Source of the DNA: Paeniglutamicibacter sp.
Lineage (GTDB): Bacteria; Actinomycetota; Actinomycetes; Actinomycetales; Micrococcaceae
Assembly (NCBI RefSeq): GCF_046714615.1
Contig: NZ_JBKKAP010000055.1
Coordinates: 3,342-67,341 of the forward strand
Reading direction: 5' to 3'
DNA: 64,000 nucleotides
The notes beneath the pieces were generated by a model, which worked only from the letters and a program-made list of their open reading frames with translations, was not told the origin of the DNA and did no database searches. Of the stretch, positions 61,221 to 64,000 are shown in pieces. Numbering within the stretch: position 1 is the stretch's first letter; the number at the start of each line of letters is the position of its first letter. Made by a program: the position numbers and the translations under genes.

Positions 61221-62513
61221 ATGGGCATCATCAAGGCCGCATCCGGCGAACTCGTCACCATCCACTCGCTCGGCAGCCAATCCGGCCCGAGCAGCAGCCT
61301 GCAGATCATCGACCCCGGCATTCCGCGCCTGGGCTCCGACGGGAACCCCACCGACCCGCTCACCATTTGGAAGACGCAGCCGTCCATCCGCAAGGTCGTC
61401 AGCTTCGCCGCCCGACAGTTCGCCTCGATCCCCTGGCACGCCTACGTGCGCGTCGACGACACCGACCGCAGGCGCAAGTCCGGCAGCCCGGCGGAGAACG
61501 TCATGGGCAAGCCTGCACCGCTCATCAGCGGCTATAGCCTTTGGAACACCCTCGCCGTCGACCGGCTCCTGTACGACATTTGCCTCGCCGTCCTTGTCGA
61601 CGGCCAGCTTGTCCGCATCCCGCCAAGGCTGATCCGGATCCGCTCCGATTTTGTTGGCCGCCCCGTCCAGGTTCTCATCGAGACCCCGCCCGGCATGGAG
61701 GACCTCGATGTGACCCTCGCGCCAAAGATCCTGGCCTGGGGCTGGCACGCAGACAAGGCCGGTGGCGTGAGCCCGATGTTCACCCTCGCGGGAATCCTCG
61801 AGGAGAACCTCCGCAGCGTGGAGTGGAGGACCGCGCAGTGGGAGAATGGCCCGAAGATGTCCGGTGTCCTCACGCGTCCGGTCCCGGTTGCGGGGCAGGC
61901 CAAGCGCTGGGATGAGACGCAGCGGGACCGGTTCCTTGAGGTTTGGAAGACGTGGCGGGACGCGCCGAAGGCGGGAGGCACGCCGATCCTCGAGGACGGC
62001 ATGGAATACGAGCAGCTCGATGGGCTGAACCCGAAGGACGCCCAGGACATCGAGGGCAGGCGGCTGACCGATGCGGAGGTCGCCTCGGCCTTCCACATCC
62101 CGCCGGAGCTTGTCGGCGCCAGGGACGGGACCTTCTCCAACATCGACGCCTTCCGGCAGATGCTCTTCGGCCCGACGTTGGGCCCGCTGTTCCAGGAGAT
62201 GCAGCAGGCGGTGAACGCGGGCGGAGTGGTCCAGGCCCTGGATGCAACGCCCAGGCTTTACCTTGAGATGAACCGGGAGTCGGCGATGGCCGGGAGCTTC
62301 ACGGAGCAGGCGAGGGTTTTCCAGACCCTGACCGGTGGTCCGGTGATGACGCGCGCGGAGGCGAGGGCGCGGCTGAACCTGCCCTTCATCGAGGGCACCG
62401 ATGAGCTCGTGGTTCCGATGAACGTGACGGAGGGCGGGCAGGCATCGCCCACGGATTCCGGCGAGCAGAACGTGGGCGGCGACAACGCCGACCCGGAGGC
62501 CCGGGGCACCTGA
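61221..62513 (+). CDS. Phage portal protein (HK97 family)
   Basis: GVSP, ENG..MSGVL, GTPILEDGMEY, DAQ.IE.R.LT..EVASAFHIPP.LVG, FSNI, MTRAEARARLNLP. Confidence 0.92.
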   Translation: MGIIKAASGELVTIHSLGSQSGPSSSLQIIDPGIPRLGSDGNPTDPLTIWKTQPSIRKVVSFAARQFASIPWHAYVRVDDTDRRRKSGSPAENVMGKPAPLISGYSLWNTLAVDRLLYDICLAVLVDGQLVRIPPRLIRIRSDFVGRPVQVLIETPPGMEDLDVTLAPKILAWGWHADKAGGVSPMFTLAGILEENLRSVEWRTAQWENGPKMSGVLTRPVPVAGQAKRWDETQRDRFLEVWKTWRDAPKAGGTPILEDGMEYEQLDGLNPKDAQDIEGRRLTDAEVASAFHIPPELVGARDGTFSNIDAFRQMLFGPTLGPLFQEMQQAVNAGGVVQALDATPRLYLEMNRESAMAGSFTEQARVFQTLTGGPVMTRAEARARLNLPFIEGTDELVVPMNVTEGGQASPTDSGEQNVGGDNADPEARGT

Positions 62514-62559
62514 CGCATGTCGCCGATGATCGATAAACGAAAAGCAATGAGGCTAGTAA

Positions 62560-62904
62560 GTGGCACGAGTTGCTTATAGGGTTGCGGTTATGGATAAGCC
62601 TAACTGTGCAGTATGTCATACTGATAAGTTTCTGAAAATCACCAATTTCGATGCAGGTCGCTGGGAAGAAAGTCCTGTTCGATTGCCGCAGGGCAGAACT
62701 CGGAAACACCGAGTCGGGCCGGTTGCGGATTTTTTCTGCCATCAATGTGGAACGCGGAACGGGTACACGGTAGCTGATGATTGGAAGCCAGGCGCAGACC
62801 CTGACATTTCAGAATTGGAGGCTGCCGGGTACTACTACACCGAAGACGGCGTAAAGCATGAACTCATGGAGAACGGCAGTTGGCGGGGAACTCTCTCCTC
62901 GTAG
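62560..62904 (+). CDS. Low-GC accessory protein with two CxxC motifs
   Basis: CAVC and CHQC; visibly more AT-rich than the flanks; start could be the ATG at 62590. Confidence 0.55.
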   Translation: MARVAYRVAVMDKPNCAVCHTDKFLKITNFDAGRWEESPVRLPQGRTRKHRVGPVADFFCHQCGTRNGYTVADDWKPGADPDISELEAAGYYYTEDGVKHELMENGSWRGTLSS

Positions 62905-62974
62905 GCCAGGGCCGCACACGGGAGGGGCCAGGAATCCATGCACGGATTCCTGGCCCCTTTGTCGTTCCCGGGGT

Positions 62975-63226
62975 TCAGTGGCCGAGGGCATCCAACGCCT
63001 CGAGGACACGGCCCAGGTTCGCCTGGACTTTCCGCGCCTGGTCGATAGACAGTTCACCGTCGTCGTTCGTGGTGATCTCAAGGACGATGCCCCGGTCGGG
63101 TGTCCAGATGGATTCCACGGCCCCGGGCTGGCCCTCGTCGCCGGAGGCGGGGCCGAGCCCGCGGGTGAAGCCGTCGGGGGGATGGTCGTTGTCGAGTATG
63201 AAGCCCTGGGGAAGTTCGGTTTTCAT
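62975..63226 (-). CDS. Hypothetical protein (element)
   Basis: ATG with gaaagg RBS; 83 aa. Confidence 0.55.
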   Translation of the reverse strand: MKTELPQGFILDNDHPPDGFTRGLGPASGDEGQPGAVESIWTPDRGIVLEITTNDDGELSIDQARKVQANLGRVLEALDALGH

Positions 63227-63510
63227 GATGGCGGGCCTTTCAATGGTTGGTTGGTGCATGGGTTTCAAGGATGGAAGCGGACCCAAGGGGCGGTCTTGCT
63301 TGGCCCCCATTGCCGCCGGGCTGAAAACGACTCGCCCCGTATGAGTCAACACCCGTAGCCCACCCCCTGGAAGAGGGCGAGCGAAGGTATTACGTGACCA
63401 GGGCCTGATCAGGGCACCTGGTCACGGTTGCCGCCAGTTCGGCTTGGATTCTTTGCCTGGACTCACTGGGTACGCGGGTGAGCGGGAACGCGAGGGCAGG
63501 GGCCCTGGTG

Positions 63511-63732
63511 CTAACCGATCCGGGCCTGGATCGCCTGCAGGGCGGCGATGACCTGGGGCAGGTATTCGGCGGGGAAGTTTGTCCCGGTGCGGTCCCAATC
63601 GGTCCAAAGGGTCACGAGGTCACCGAGCGCGGACTCGTCCAGGCTCGCGAGGACAAGCGGTGCAGGGTGCGAGGGTTGCTCAACCGGGCCGGTGCCTGTG
63701 GTTTCCGGGGCGGGAGCGGTACTCTTGTTCAT
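63511..63732 (-). CDS. Hypothetical protein (element)
   Basis: ATG with gaaagga RBS; 73 aa. Confidence 0.6.
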   Translation of the reverse strand: MNKSTAPAPETTGTGPVEQPSHPAPLVLASLDESALGDLVTLWTDWDRTGTNFPAEYLPQVIAALQAIQARIG

Positions 63733-63826
63733 GTCGAATCCTTTCGTGATTCGTCCACGCCCTCCGAACGATGCCAGTCGTTGCGGGGGGCTCTTTCGTT
63801 GGCCCGTAGAGGACCTGAACCAACTT

Positions 63827-63850
63827 GTGTAGTTAAGTTAGCATCGAACT
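63827..63850 (+). other. attR (P arm plus core TCGAACT)
   Basis: gtgtagttaagttagcaTCGAACTcaagatc; host-like codon usage resumes immediately afterwards. Confidence 0.88.
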
Positions 63851-64000
63851 CAAGATCAACCTGCGCGACGTGGTGGGCCTGCAGACCCGCCAACAGAACC
63901 TGGAGGGGCACGGCGAGATCAACATGCGGCGGCTGGTCAAGGAGGCGCTGCGGATGCGCCCGGACCGGCTGGTCATCGGCGAGGTCCGCGAGGCCGAGGC
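63846..64000 (+). pseudogene. tadA: TadA/CpaF pilus ATPase, 3' part (runs off the window)
   Basis: ELKINLRDVVGLQTRQQNLEGHGEINMRRLVKEALRMRPDRLVIGEVREAE contains the TadA Walker B region; absent from the ORF track because there is no stop in the window. Confidence 0.93.

Larger units (their letters stand above)
54178..63850. mobile_element. phiRv1-like integrated satellite/PICI-like element, 9,666 bp, inserted in tadA
   Basis: Direct repeat TCGAACT at both ends; serine integrase, RDF, helicase, ori, capsid and portal genes; removal restores the tadA ORF. Confidence 0.93.

Noticed and set aside
54178-63850. Complete prophage, or an in-frame intein/intron-like insertion (length divisible by 3)
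   Set aside because: No terminase, tail or lysis genes; the tadA frame stops at 54212, so the length is coincidental

Overview
High-GC actinobacterial chromosome segment, most consistent with Micrococcaceae (Arthrobacter/Paeniglutamicibacter-like) by gene order. Positions 1-53.4 kb are largely conserved housekeeping DNA: tlyA-nadK-recN-pyrG-NUDIX-xerD; a methylcitrate (prp) cluster with a CitAB-type two-component system and a dicarboxylate symporter; parA-scpA-scpB-rluB-tyrA-cmk-der-tRNA-Pro; the garA/MerR cluster; pyc, mtr, fadD, class II DAHP synthase, a PASTA kinase, whiB1 and an FHA-FtsK protein. One small accessory cassette (metacaspase + HExxH metallopeptidase) follows xerD. The main discovery is a complete 9,666-bp phiRv1-like satellite element inserted in the middle of the Tad/Flp pilus ATPase gene (tadA/cpaF), flanked by a 7-bp TCGAACT direct repeat (54178-54184 and 63844-63850). 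It encodes a large serine integrase, an Rv1584c-like excisionase, a helicase with a symmetric iteron origin, a WhiB, a major capsid protein and a portal, but no recognisable terminase, protease, tail or repressor. In-silico excision restores the TadA reading frame exactly, and the truncated tadA stop overlaps the integrase start (ATGA). This suggests an excisable switch controlling Tad pili, and possibly natural competence. All family calls come from motif recognition by eye, not database searches.
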